From assembly GCF_009914755.1 (NCBI RefSeq), contig NC_060931.1: 64,000 bases of DNA; one strand, 5' to 3'. Numbering within the stretch: the stretch's first letter is position 1; each line of letters begins with the position of its first letter. The DNA comes from the human T2T-CHM13v2.0 reference genome, Homo sapiens. This document shows positions 26,502 to 39,717 of the stretch, in pieces. Under the pieces are notes generated by a model. It ran no database searches. It saw nothing but the letters and a program-made list of their open reading frames with translations, and was not told where the DNA came from. The position numbers were made by a program, and so were the translations under genes.

Positions 26502-27091
26502 GTGCTCCAATTTGATTCCTGCCACCATGTTAGCCTCTATGGATGGTGCCATTGGGCACAATTTTTAGAATGCCATTCTAAGTTAGATGATGAGGACTTA
26601 GGCTTTGGATCAATTTTTACATACCAGAAGCTCCTAATGAAGCCACCCACTATAATGCTTCACACTGGGTGCCAACTTTCAGCCTTATTTAGTTGTTGGA
26701 ATCTCCAGTTCACCAATAAACTGGTTCAGTTTGATTGACAAGTCTTGCAATGTTATTATTTATTTAGGGTCTCCTATTCAACTATGTGTATATGTGTATC
26801 CTGAACCCCCACAAAAAAACTACATGCCAGTAAAAGATCATAACCACTTAGTGAATTAGAAAAGGTTAGATTTGCCCAGTGAAGAAACAAAGATTTTCTC
26901 ACATTTCTTAACTCTGAAAAATGACATCCACTTTTGGAGAAAAGAAAATTATAGTTTATACAAAGTATTATCACAAGCATATTAAGGATGCATACAAATG
27001 AATTCAAGGAATAAGACTGAACTCCAGAGAGGTAAATAAGGAGGAGATTAAAAATACTGGTGCCACATGTAATGTTAGTGCATTCCTTTTA

Positions 27092-27428
<337 letters not shown>

Positions 27429-28047
27429 CTATCTAAAAAAATTTGTTGGTAATATTTTTCATTCCTGGCTATGTACTGATATTTAAAATATAAAAATATC
27501 CTATGATTTTCTAGAATATTCGACAAGACTACATTAATAATATTCTTGGGAAAAGTTCTTCCTTTATATTTCCTTGTGTGTGTGCCCTGAAGAAAGTCAT
27601 TTCCAGCAAAAACAAGAAATACAAAGATTCATCTTCTAAAATGTTTCTCATCAATCTTTGTCTTTGAAAATTTTCAATTCTCTTAGCCAAAGAAATGGGA
27701 GGCTGTGTGCAGCTTAAGTCCGAAAGAGCAAGATGCATTTGCCTTCTGTGACTCCTTCCCAGACTATAAGTAGAATAAGGCAGCATGCTCCAGGTAGTCA
27801 AAGTCAGGTGAAACACTGGCCTTACCCAAAATTTTTACCCTAGACATTAGTATTGTATACATTTTACACCCAGTTCCAGGTTTCCAGTAACTTAACTATC
27901 TGCAGACATTTGTCACAGCAGTAGCAGTTAAGAAGTATTCACAATCTTGTACTTCATGGACAAAAAAAGATTTTCCAGTGTCTTGATATTTACTGTCATA
28001 GTGCAAAATGCTTTGTACAGCAGATAATGTTACTCTTTTAAACTTAC

Positions 28048-28162
28048 CATTCTTCTGTGAAGTGTTTTTTCTTGCCTCTGGAAGTCATCTCCACATTTGT
28101 TCTTGTTCTCCATCTTGTCTGATTTTTCTTAATTACAAATTATTTTCTGAATTGTATCACAC
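28048..28162 (-). other. Candidate spliced exon (115 nt)
   Basis: Minus strand: CATTTTATTATTATGCAG| ... GAATG|GTAAGT; purine-rich body; non-repetitive sequence. No transcript evidence. Confidence 0.3.
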
Positions 28163-28819
28163 CTGCATAATAATAAAATGGTGAATTATTCTGACAAGTG
28201 CCAGATTTTGGTTCTTTTGAAGAGTTTTATTGATCTCACTGTGCATTATTCTGCCTCAAACTGTACATCATACTGTAACTCAGAATGTAACGTCTTGATT
28301 GATTTGCAGCCAGACTGACAAAAATCACAGCAGTCATGGCAAAGTCTCCCAGTTTGACTTAATGGAGTGTTAACTGAGAAGCACAATTTTGACCTTTTAA
28401 TGAGTAGGCCTTTGGTATTTTTTCCAAACAGCACTATCCAAGGTAAAGGAAGTGATTTCTATTAACCTACAGGACACACTTCATTGGGAGGACTGTCTAA
28501 TTGAGACATCTTCCAGATACTCCATTTAAACATAATGATGTATAATAGCATTAACTGCAACTTAATTAGAAGACTAATTCTACTACATCAGAAAGTAACC
28601 AAAGTACTGAATGATGTTGCTTTCCTATTAAAGAGGTAAATTTCTTATAGACTCAAAAATTATACTGTTACTTTTCTAATGTCTAAATTCCTATGATATT
28701 GGGAATACTTCCTAGTATTTTAGCCCTATTGCTATCCTGAAATTCCAATTAAAAATGGTCAATCAATTTAATTAGGACTATTTTTACTAGGACTATTATC
28801 TTGGAAAATATAAGGGAAA

Positions 28820-28970
28820 ATAATGAGCATTCATCAAGCGCTTATGCTATGTCATGGGTCATTTTACATATGTGAACATATGATATCTCCTTTGATCTTT
28901 GAAAGATATTACTGCTCCTATTTTACAAATGGAGAACTTGAAGCTCAAAAGGTTTAAGCAACTAGATTGA
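28820..28970 (-). mobile_element. MIR fragment
   Basis: CCTATTTTACAAATGGAGAACTTGAAGCTCAAAAGGTTTAAGCAACT core. Confidence 0.55.
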
Positions 28971-28994
28971 GGTTCTATAACAAACAAAAGTCCA

Positions 28995-29150
28995 GGTGAG
29001 ATGATGGATATGTTAATTAGCTTGATCTAATTCTACACTGTATTCACAAATCATGACATCATTTTGTATATATGTATACATATAGCTATAATTTAGCTAT
29101 ACATATAGCTATAATTTGTCAATTTATAATTTTAAAAATAAAATAAATAT
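28995..29150 (+). mobile_element. L1MA-type 3' end with 23-bp-period duplication
   Basis: GTGAGATGATGGATATGTTAATTAGCTTGAT motif, A-rich tail; TATACATATAGCTATAATTT at 29075 and 29098. Confidence 0.65.
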
Positions 29151-30715
29151 GATAAAATATCCAAATAAGTTTCAAGCCTTAATCTATTTTCTGCCTCTTT
29201 GTAGCTATGGGTTCCTTGTTTTATAACAAGTTTTAATATGATGTTAGCATTGAGCCGCTTTTTAAAAACACCTGTGATTAATAAATGGAAATCAGTTTGA
29301 ACGCTTCTTCCAAACTCTTTCACTTATCAGTACCAAGTCCAGTTGATGATTCATTTATTTGCAGAAACAGTTTGTATTTTCCCATATTCAACTCAGTTCC
29401 AGTAGGTGAAAGTAAAATCAGAAAAATATGACAAGCAGGTTAAGAACTATCCTGCTGCCACCACTAAAACTATATTTTCTAAGAAAGATAAGATAGATAG
29501 AGTCAAAAGTATCATTTACCTAAGACCTAAAAGGCACATTCTTAACCTAGGGAATGTTTTTTAAGTTTTACTGAGGCTAGCAATCTTTATCCCAGCCCCC
29601 CTTTCTGGATGCATGTAATGGTATTCTAGGATGTATCTACAAACCTTCCAGGCAAATGTTGCTTTATGTTGGCTTTGAGAGAAACTTCACAAACACATAT
29701 ACACATCCTCTCCACCATCACCACTCTATACTCTTTTATCCCAAAGCAATAACTACTATTAGACATGTGTGCTTTGTACATATAGTGGAATGAAGTAAAG
29801 AGAGTGGAGACAATTTTACAAATTGGGCATCCAAATCTTCTGTTTAGGAAAAACAAAACAAAACAAAATAAATGATTTGCTTGTCTGCATTGATTAAATT
29901 CTCCAGCTGAGTGCTTGCTCTGCGTTTTGCTCTACCTGTATAGGTGTATCTAGAATAATGCCAAGAAAAAATAATAGTTAGTCTAATATTTGCATATTTT
30001 TGAAACTAAGTCAAAACAGTTTTCTGTAAATTTAAAAAGAAGAACTAATACAAATTGGCTCAAATTATTTTATTTATCAATTATCTCAACTTGGAAGCAA
30101 TAGACTACTTTAGGTTGTTTCTCATTATTCAAGTGATCATTTCTTCTTACTATTTTTTCCTGATTTAAAAAGTGACACAGACCCTAAGAGTTTATAGGAA
30201 TTGTGAGACTTAAATACTAGAAGGCACACTTTTCTGTAATGCTGAACATGAATATTTATATCACGGTCATGCTTGAGGTATCTTTATAACTTTAGCAAAC
30301 AGAGATTCTTGTTAAAAAAAATCTTTTTTTTAGTAATTTTTCTCTTTTAAATAAATGAGCACGGTATATGTATGCATGAAAGAGCCAAAGTTTGATACAC
30401 CTAAATGGATATAGGTGCTTGCAATATATGTAAATGTGTGTATATGAATATGTATACATCAGAAACTCCTTTATCCATTTAGGCATATTAAAATAGAAGG
30501 GTAATTGACTTGCTGAAATCGATACTTTAGCACTAGGCAAAAGGATAACTGACTGGCTCACTCTGGAGAAATGAGATCTAATCAGTATTTATCCAAAAAC
30601 ATATTGAACCTGTGTGTTGTGCCCATCTTTGTTTATGATAATAAGTGTAAAAAAACCTCTTCCTTGCTGATGAGTATGTGGGGTTCAAGAGGAGACAGGA
30701 AAGGTGAGTGAGTGT

Positions 30716-31500
30716 CATTTTTTACATGAAAGAATGACTGTCAAACTATGATTATTTAGACATGGGTATTTGGCAGACATTTTCTTGAAAATGACCAAAA
30801 TAAGCTTGTTACTCCAAAGCAATAACTGAAAATGTTCGTTGCTAATGATAAAATTTAATCTTTCAAACAAAAATTTCAAATTTTGGAAAACTTACATCAA
30901 CTGCCCTGAGCTCGAAAGCTTCCCAATACTTAATACTTTTTGGAAGATATTGGTGATATTAATGATTTTGGAATTATGATATTACATAATAAAATGTGTC
31001 AAGATTTGGAAGTTCTAGGTAACTCAGTTAACCAATAATTTTCAAATATAAATGCATATTGTTACAAAGTTATGCATGGTTAAAAGTTATATTCAACATA
31101 TGACATAGACTAATAGATTTTCATGTAACAGAGAAGGAAAAAATGCACTGATATAGTTTCAAATCCCCCATCAAAACTCATCTTTAAGAAACTACTGTTG
31201 CTGAGTTTTGGTATAATATCAAAGAAGAATATTTATGATTACCTTAAAAAGGCTAGCAAAATAGTCCTTTGTCCCACAACATTTTTTAGTGAGGCCAAAA
31301 TTTTGCTACATATGACAATCAAAACAGCATGTTGCAAAAGATTAAATGCTGAAGCAGAATCAGAAATCAAGAGATTTGCAAAACTGTAACACAATGTCAC
31401 TTTTCTCATATTTCTTAGTCTTAGAAAATATATTCTTTTAGAAAATATTTTTCAAGTTTTTATTTATAATAAAGTAAATATCAATACATACAATACCATA
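30716..31500 (+). mobile_element. Charlie1-like hAT transposase relic (C-terminal part, many stops and frameshifts)
   Basis: GGGTATTTGGCAGACATTTTC (GYLADIF), AGCTTCCCAATACTT (SFPIL), AGATTAAATGCTGAAGCAGA (RLNAEA). Confidence 0.85.
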
Positions 31501-31910
31501 GCTATCCAAAAGAGGCCACGAAGGGAGTTGGACCCCCACTGGGGCATTTTAGGAAAGAAGAAAGGCTGGAAATCAATGAACTATGTCATTCATGAAATAG
31601 TTGCCTTTTGAGTCCTTAAAATTCTGTCATAATTACTTTAAAATCTCAATGTTCAGGGAGCAGGAATGGCTAAGGATGAACCTTTTAGCTTTGCATTGTT
31701 TCGGAGAGAAAAGGAAAGCAGACATATATTACAAAGAACTGAGATAAAAAAAAGAGTAAGAGTAAGAACTGGTTTTGGAGGGTGGAAAAGTGCATGGGAG
31801 CCCTGAAGGAAAGGAAGTAAGTGATCTTTTGTTTCATGCCAGATTTCATTCAACCCCAGCAATAGAGTTGAAGCATGGTATGGAGTGAACCCAACAGATG
31901 TTAAGAAGAA

Positions 31911-32252
31911 GAGTTCATGTCCTTTGTAGGGACATGGATGAAATTGGAAATCATCATTCTCAGTAAACTATCGCAAGAACAAAAAACCAAACACCGCATA
32001 TTCTCACTCATAGGTGGGAATTGAACAATGAGATCACATGGACACAGGAAGGGGAATATCACACTCTGGGGACTGTTGTGGGGTGGGGGGAGGGGGGAGG
32101 GATAGCATTGGGAGATATACCTAATGCTAGATGACGAGTTAGTGGGTGCAGCGCACCAGCACGGCACATGTATACGTATGTAACTAACCTGCACAATGTG
32201 CACATGTACCCTAAAACTTAAAGTATAATAAAAAAAAAAAGAAAAAGAAAAA
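31911..32252 (+). mobile_element. Young 5'-truncated L1PA2 3' end
   Basis: GCATTGGGAGATATACCTAATGCTAGATGACGAGTTAGTGGGTGCAGCGC; GAG (not ACA/ACG) at the L1HS diagnostic site; CpGs retained. Confidence 0.95.
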
Positions 32253-33864
32253 GGGTTGTAAAAAAGAAAATGGATTTCATTTGAGGAAGGAATATACAGG
32301 ATGACTCTGGGATTTCTGGAACAATGGCTAGGTGTTTTGTAGAAGATTATTGACACCAAGGTCTGGCTTTCTGCCTTCATGTGGTTCTCAAGATTCCTAC
32401 CCGTAAATCACAAGCCAGGGAACTCTTGGTGTTCTGTGATTAAAACATAAGATACCATGAGTATCAGAGAGCATCTGTTTGAACCAGCTTATTTTACAGA
32501 AGAAACCAAAATCTTGAGTGGCAAAATGATTTGCCCCCATAATGGCAGAGCTAGCACTAGAATCCTACCTTCCTGACTTTTGAATCAGCAGCATTTATAA
32601 ATATAAAAAAACCCTTAAATTATCCCAGATAGATCAAGAGATCCATTTCATTCTAAATGTTCAGAATATCTTTGACCAATGTAAATGCTCTGTAATCTAG
32701 ATTCCAATTCACTGCGTATGTCAAAGCTAGATCGACCAAAATAGACTGGTTTTTCCATATGAGATGTTTTAAAGAGGAATGTCAAACATCTGCAAGCACA
32801 GCTTAAATCCTATTTCATTAATTCCATCTGCATCTACATTTGCTTTATCCTGTATAGTAGGGGTCACATTTCCCTCCTTAAATGTATTGCATCACCCTTG
32901 TTAATGATGTGTACGGTACTATATCTCAGTATTACCATGTGAGTCTATTTCTATGCTCAAGTGAATATGTCACAATAATGGTACAATGTGCCATCCAGAA
33001 AACTCTTGATTCTCCACATTAAAAAAAAAGAAACAGGGCGTGGATAATACAAAATGGTGAGTAATCCAAAAGACATTTACATTTGTAATGTGCTTTGTGC
33101 TAACAATAAACATGGACAATTATGTTTTGAAAGTTTTCTTCAAACAAATGAAGTCACTTTCTAAACATCTGTGTTTTCTTGTTTTTGCTGTTTAATTATC
33201 CATACCCTATTGCACACCCTTCCTTTTGTATACTTTATGATAGTTATGTCTACAACTTCCAAAGGAACACTTATTTTAGAGACATAAAGAACCTGATAAA
33301 TAAGAGAGTTGAAATATAGCAAATATTTACTTCTTATGTGGCTATTTTCTTATCTTTCACCCTTAGTAGAAATTTGTTATTGTTCATGGTATTCTTGACC
33401 AAAGGGCCTAAATTCTGCTTCAGAATCCTTCTCCCTGTAGTTGTGTTGCAATGATGCAAGAAGCAAGACTAATTTGACACCCCTAATCTAGTCAAACTTT
33501 CCTAACAATGCTCACTCCTTATCCAATGACACACAGATGGTTAGCTACACAGCTAAGTCTAGAATGCAAAACTCCTAATTTCAAGTCTGTTATGCTTTTG
33601 TAGCCCCTTTTACTATCAAAAATCTCATTTCTTTAGATATAATATGAGTTAACTGAGTAAACTCATTTGGGTTACATGAGTATATGCTATATAATTTTTA
33701 CATCTTAAAATGACAGTACAATTTGATTCCCAAAACTTACCATGTAGATTACAGTTAACCTATATTATCATTTATTCATTCTCAATGTATTAATATATTC
33801 ATACACGTATTTTAAAAGAACACTATAGAGACTCATTTCTTGCAATTTTTTTTAAGTAACTTAC

Positions 33865-34168
33865 TTTTTTTGTTTGTTTTTTGTCTTTTTGAGATGGAGT
33901 CTTGCTCTGTTGCCCAGGCTGGAGTGCAGTGGCTTTATCTCACCTCACTGCAACTTCCGCCTCCCAGTCCAAGCAATTCTCATGTCTCAGTCTCCTGAGC
34001 ATGGTATGGAGGAACATGCCTCCATGCCCAGCTAATTTTTGTATTTTTAGTAGAAACAGGGTTTCGTCATGTTGGCCAGGCTGGTCTCAAACTCCTTACT
34101 TCAAGTGATCTGCCCAGCTCGGCCTCCCAAAGTGCTGGGATTACAGGCATGAGCCACCACACCCGGCC
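33865..34168 (-). mobile_element. AluS with a ~15-nt internal replacement
   Basis: TSD TAAGTAACT(T/C)AC at 33853-33864 and 34169-34180; TAGCTGGGATTACAGG replaced by CATGGTATGGAGGAA. Confidence 0.95.
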
Positions 34169-34241
34169 TAAGTAACTCACATTTTAATATTGATAACTCC
34201 TTAAAGATATTTAAAATCCAAACAATCATCACTCACACACA

Positions 34242-34859
34242 TATGCAGGACAGTTCTCTGGGTGGCGTTGGATTGATTCAATTCCCCATCCCCCACCCTT
34301 TTCTTTTAAAGTTCTGCAGAATGTGCTGGGAATGCAACACTCTGTGATAGGGAGGGACTGGCTAGAATAGCCCAAGCTCTGTTGCAGTCTCCCCTGCCCT
34401 GCCCAGCAGAAACTTGGCTTTCTACCAAGCACATGACTTCTACTGGTCCCTAATGTGACTGCCACATAAGTTATTTGTAACCATCCCACTTAATTCCACT
34501 ATTAAATAGATAGTGAAACAGGCTACTTTCAAATGTCTTCTAAATGATGAATACTTGTCCCTCAAATGCTTTAGCCCAGGAAATCATGTGACCCCTTGAG
34601 ATATAAAATTAAGGGCAGACTGCTTTTCGAGGTCCCTCAGCTGTAGTGCAAGTGGGGCGTATGCAGTAGAGATTCCATGTATCCCAGGCAGCTTTCCTGA
34701 GCCTTGGGCAACTGCATCACAATGAATCCTGGGCATCTGTCATCCCTTGCTGCCTATCTATAAGTAATAAATCTGCTTCATGTAACTTGTGTATGAGGGT
34801 ATTCTTTCTCACTGAACTGAGACAAGTTGGTAACCAGTGCACAATACAACTGCTTAACA
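34242..34859 (+). mobile_element. ERVL-class solo LTR (LTR47-like) carrying a 144-bp foreign insertion
   Basis: TATGCAGGACAGTTCTC start; TATAAAA box, AATAAA and CA end; family name from memory. Confidence 0.7.
34414..34557 (+). repeat. 144-bp dispersed direct duplication, copy 1 (pairs with 36460-36603)
   Basis: Hand alignment 138/144 identical, no indels. Confidence 0.97.
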
Positions 34860-35148
34860 ATATAGGTCTATCTAAATTACACATTTGGTATAGTAGAAAT
34901 TGGCTAATTGATATCCCAGTCTGTTTCTTTCCCTTGGACACACAGCTAATCTAATGTTACTCAAAGTGCTGATCCACTACTAGAAGCTTGCACCAGAGTG
35001 TAAATCAACAAATGGCTTCCTTCATCAAGAAAGTTGTTACTGAATTCATCTGTGTCCTTAGTAACATATTTGGTTTACATCTAGAGCAAGTTCCTTCTCA
35101 TCAAAGATTAGTAATTTAGATGGGCAGTCCATTCATGGAACATACTTA

Positions 35149-35924
35149 ATTTTTTTTATTTTTAATTTTTGTAGGTACACAATAGGTGTATATATTTACG
35201 GGGTACATGAGATATTTTGCTACAGGTATGCAATGCGTAATAATCACATCATGTATAATGGGGTATCCACCCCCTCGAACATTTATACTTTGTGTTACAA
35301 ACAACCAAATTATACCCTTTTAGTTATTTTAAAATATACAAATAAATTATTATTGACTATAGTCCCCCTGTTATGCTATCAAATACCAGGTCTTATTCAT
35401 TCTTTCTATTGTTTTGTGTGCTAACTAACCATCCCCACCTCCTTCCAACTCCTCAACTACCCTTCCCAACTGCTGGTAACCATCCTGCTATTCTCTATCT
35501 TCATAAGTTCAACTGCTTGAATCTTAGATTCCACAAAGAAGTGAGAGCATGTGATGTTTGTCTTTCTGTGCCTGGCTTATTTCACTAAACATAATGACCT
35601 CCAGTTCCATCCATGTTGTTGCAAATTACAGGATCTTTTTCTTCTTTATGGCTGAATAGTACTCCATTGTGTATAAGTACCACATTTTCTGTATCCATTC
35701 ATCTACTGATGGACATTTAGGTTGCTTCCAAGTCTTAGCTATTGTGAACAGTGCTGCAACAAACATAGGAGTGCAGGTATCTCTTCAATATACTGATTTC
35801 CTTTCTTTTAGATATGTACCCAGCAGTAGGTTTGCTGGATCATATGGCAGCTCTATTTTTAGGTTTTTTAGGGACCACCAAACTGTTCTCCATAGTGGTT
35901 GTACTAATTTACATTCTCACCAAT
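35149..35924 (-). mobile_element. L1MA1-3-like 3' end
   Basis: GGTGTATATATTTACGGGGTACATGAGAT..TAATAATCACATCATG 3'UTR and antisense ORF2 end. Confidence 0.88.
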
Positions 35925-36459
35925 GGATAGATTGAGTCTGTCTCTACTCTACCACCTAGAATAGAGTAGGCTCTGGATAACTGCCCGTGGAATGAATGAT
36001 AAAATGAATGCTGTCATTTTTTACTTACATAATTTCAACACACCCTTCCATACTGATAAAATGCTCTTAAGATATGTATGTTCACTGTTTACAAGTAGAT
36101 CGGCATTTGCATTTCTATCTCTTTATCTTATATGATGCATGCCTTCTCTTGATGTTAGTACTCCCATACAGAGCAGAAGAAGACCCTCTTTAGTCTCTAA
36201 GTTGTACCTATTAGTCATAGTATACACAGTAGTAATAGCCAAAATTTATTGCATGTTAGAGGCTGGACTGGATACTTTCACTAGTGTCACTAATCCTCAT
36301 AAAAACTCTCCCAAATAGGCCTTATGAGAGCATGTTGCACATGGGAAAACTAAAGGTTATGGGGAGGACCTTGCACAAGCTTGCAATGTAAGTAAAGAAG
36401 AGCTGTGATTTGTATCCCACAGGCCATCATCTTTCTACCATCTCATTCTACTGAGTACA

Positions 36460-36603
36460 TTGGCTTTCTACCAAGCACATGACTTCTACTGGTCCCTAAT
36501 GTGACTGCCACGTATGTTCTTTGTAACCATTCCAATTAATTCCACTATTAAATAGATAGTGAAACAGGCTACTTTCAAATGTCTTCTACATGATGAATAC
36601 TTG
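36460..36603 (+). repeat. 144-bp dispersed direct duplication, copy 2 (probable donor)
   Basis: TTGGCTTTCTACCAAGCACATG...GATGAATACTTG matches 34414-34557. Confidence 0.97.
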
Positions 36604-36789
36604 CTCTTCAGCATGGGAACTGGGTGTGTTCTGAAATTTTAATATAGGGATCCTATTTACCAGCCAGAATATAATGCTAATATACTTACTGAATGAAAAA
36701 ATAATTGTGATAGGTCCAACTTCGCTGATAAAATAATCAAGGCACTGAGTAGTTTCTAGATGCAGCTGACTTCAGACTTTGTTAATCAT

Positions 36790-37020
36790 ATAGAGTAGTG
36801 ATTAACAGTGTGGGCTCTGAAGCCAGAGTTGGGTTCCAGGCTCAGATGTTTCATTTATTGGCCACGTTACCTTAAGCCAGTTTCATAACCTCTGTGGGCA
36901 TCCATTTTCTCAATTTTCTATTCCACAGAATTGATTTTAAGATTAAACAAATAAATGTATATAAACCAGTTAACATAGTGACAGGCAAATGATGAATGCT
37001 AAGTGAATACAATTATTGTT
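36790..37020 (+). mobile_element. MIR
   Basis: GTAGTGATTAACAGTGTGGGCTCTGAAGCCAGA..ACCTTAAGCCAGTTTCATAACCTCTGTG. Confidence 0.7.
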
Positions 37021-37086
37021 GGTCTAGATTTCTTGTTTCTAATTTCTAGTTTCGTATCTTTGACTGGAAACTTCTCTGCTTTCTAG

Positions 37087-37134
37087 GAAGAGGATTATGG
37101 CAATATTTTTCCTCAGGGAGCATTTCTTGTTTGG
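37087..37134 (+). other. Candidate 48-nt micro-exon
   Basis: TTGAC..CTTCTCTGCTTTCTAG| ... TGG|GTAAAT; open in all three frames; no recognised protein. Confidence 0.2.
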
Positions 37135-37339
37135 GTAAATATGTGAAACATAGAACTAAAATCAAATTAATCCTAAAATAGAGAAGAGATCTATGTAGAT
37201 AAAATATTAAGGAATATGATAGGAATCCTTTAGAGTGCTTTAAGTAGCACATGAATTGACATGTCTGTAGAAAACATCCACTATCCCTAATAAATATGAA
37301 AAAAAGTATGTGAATTCATAATTAATACTGTTTTACATA

Positions 37340-37578
37340 AAGGTTGAGTATCCCTTATCTGAAATGCTTGGGACCAGAAGAGTTTCAGATTCCAATGTTG
37401 TTTTTCAAATTTTGGAATATTTGTATTATACTTACTAGTTGAACACCCTAAATCCAAGTATCTGAAAATTGTGATGCTCCAGTGAGAGTTTCCTTTGAGC
37501 ATCATGTTGGTTCTCAAGAAGCTTCACATTTTTGAGTACTTCGAATTTTGGAGTTTTGGATTAGGGATACTCCACTTG
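37340..37578 (+). mobile_element. Tigger4a (TcMar-Tigger non-autonomous element)
   Basis: TIRs AGGTTGAGTATCCCT..AGGGATACTCCACTTG flanked by TA; ~239 bp. Confidence 0.92.
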
Positions 37579-39327
37579 TATAAACAATAATATTTATAGG
37601 CTTCTGGAGCAGCAGTGGCTCAAAGGAAACAGGACTCACCATTTGAAACTCTAACATGATATCTTTCGAACTCTTTATTTTATTTTTTTAAGAATTACTT
37701 TTTATATTGCCTTTATTTTAAAATGCTATTTAAAGATGGTGTTATAAGACTTTATAAGAAAAGTATATGTTTTAAGACCTTTCTGTCATTTATTCTGAAT
37801 GTTTTCGTCAGTCAGAAAATTGAATATTATTTAAAATCATTCTGGATAATGGCATTTTAGAGAACTGTCCCAACATACTGAAAATCCATGATACAACATA
37901 CAAACTAAACAAAACTGCCTTCCGACTGACTATACGGAGATAAAACTGTTCAATATTTTGGTTTATATAATTAACACAAATTTTAAAATGACCAAAAAGA
38001 GTAAGGTCAACAATTGATATTTGGCAATATATTAGCATTTAAACAGTATCCACCCAATGAAGTGTTTTATAAAATAACATTTTTAAAACAATGAATTCTG
38101 TCATTTTGAAAAGGTAATTCTAGAGTTTTCTATCTCCTTCACATTGTATTCTCCAGCGTTAGCAGATAAGAGTAAAACAGGAATTTTGTTTTTAATGATA
38201 AGCATGTCTAAGTACAAACCACACTTTTTAAAAGTAAGATGAGGAATTGTTGGAATTCTTCAACTAACCAAGTAGTTAATACATTCATGAAATTCATTCT
38301 TTTACAAGCCCAAAACAAAGGAATTTACTTACACAAACGTTTAAAAATATTTTTATAATATACCAACTCTAAATTTGATGGTCATAGCAAAAGAATTTTA
38401 TACAGAGCATATTTTGTATTGCTATAAGGCAATTCATATAAAAATAACTTGTATTGGAATGCAGAGTAATACATTTGGAATAACACAAAAAAATGAAGAA
38501 TATAATAATCATAATCATACCCATATTTCTTTTTAGGCTTTTGTCTGTGAATGACTTAATGATTCATAGTTAAGAATACATAGCCAATAATTTCACATCT
38601 TGGTATTTTCACTCCTATTTTCATTATCATTAACAATTCTTTCTAAAAAATAGTTTAATTGGTAGACAACATTTCAACATAAGGATGAATGCTGCAATTT
38701 ATTTTCTAATATAAGACATTAATGATAATTACGTTCTATATCTTATAATTAATTCTATTCCAAATATCTTGACACATACATTTTTATTTGCATTTGCTCA
38801 GGACAGAATCTAATAACTATCATTATTGGCAGAAAAGGGAATGAGTGAACATCATTGACTTACCTGTCATTATGATACAGGAACCAGGATAGATTTGCTA
38901 ATATAAGATACAAGATTGGAATTTTTTAAAATTTGAATTTCATTTAATTACAAATGAGGCCAGATTATTTTCAATACCAGTTGTATTTATCAACAATTAA
39001 TTGCTTACATCTATTATGCCTTTGCTTACTTTTGCTTTACGTCTACTATCCCGTTGCTTACATCCACTACCCCTGATTCCCTTTTCTTTCTATTTACATG
39101 CATTTAAAAATACTTATATTCACAGTAAGCAATTTTGATGAATGGCTCTATTTAAATAAGATTCCTTACTTAGAAGTTTTGCCATTCAAGTCAAGAATAA
39201 GTTTAAATTTTGTCACCTCCACAAAATCACCCAGTTTTCATGAATAAATCTTGCCATTTATTGTTCGTAAAATTATTTTTTCTTATAAAATCACAAAATC
39301 TTCTAGTTAAAATTTTAAGAAAAATGA

Positions 39328-39717
<390 letters not shown>

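Noticed and set aside
27529-29323. Minus-strand ORFs 27529-27816, 28246-28434 and 29132-29323 in non-repeat sequence
   Set aside because: Short, non-ATG starts, no recognisable homology, no consistent pairs of splice sites.
30716-31500. Domesticated hAT transposase gene (ZBED/SCAND3-like)
   Set aside because: Multiple stops and frameshifts; neutral Charlie1 relic.
31911-32252. Human-specific L1HS-Ta insertion
   Set aside because: Diagnostic trinucleotide is GAG, consistent with L1PA2.
38864-38897. 34-nt minus-strand exon (TAG|...CAG|GTAAGT)
   Set aside because: Donor is consensus but the acceptor is weak and the context looks like decayed L1M; kept only as supporting context.
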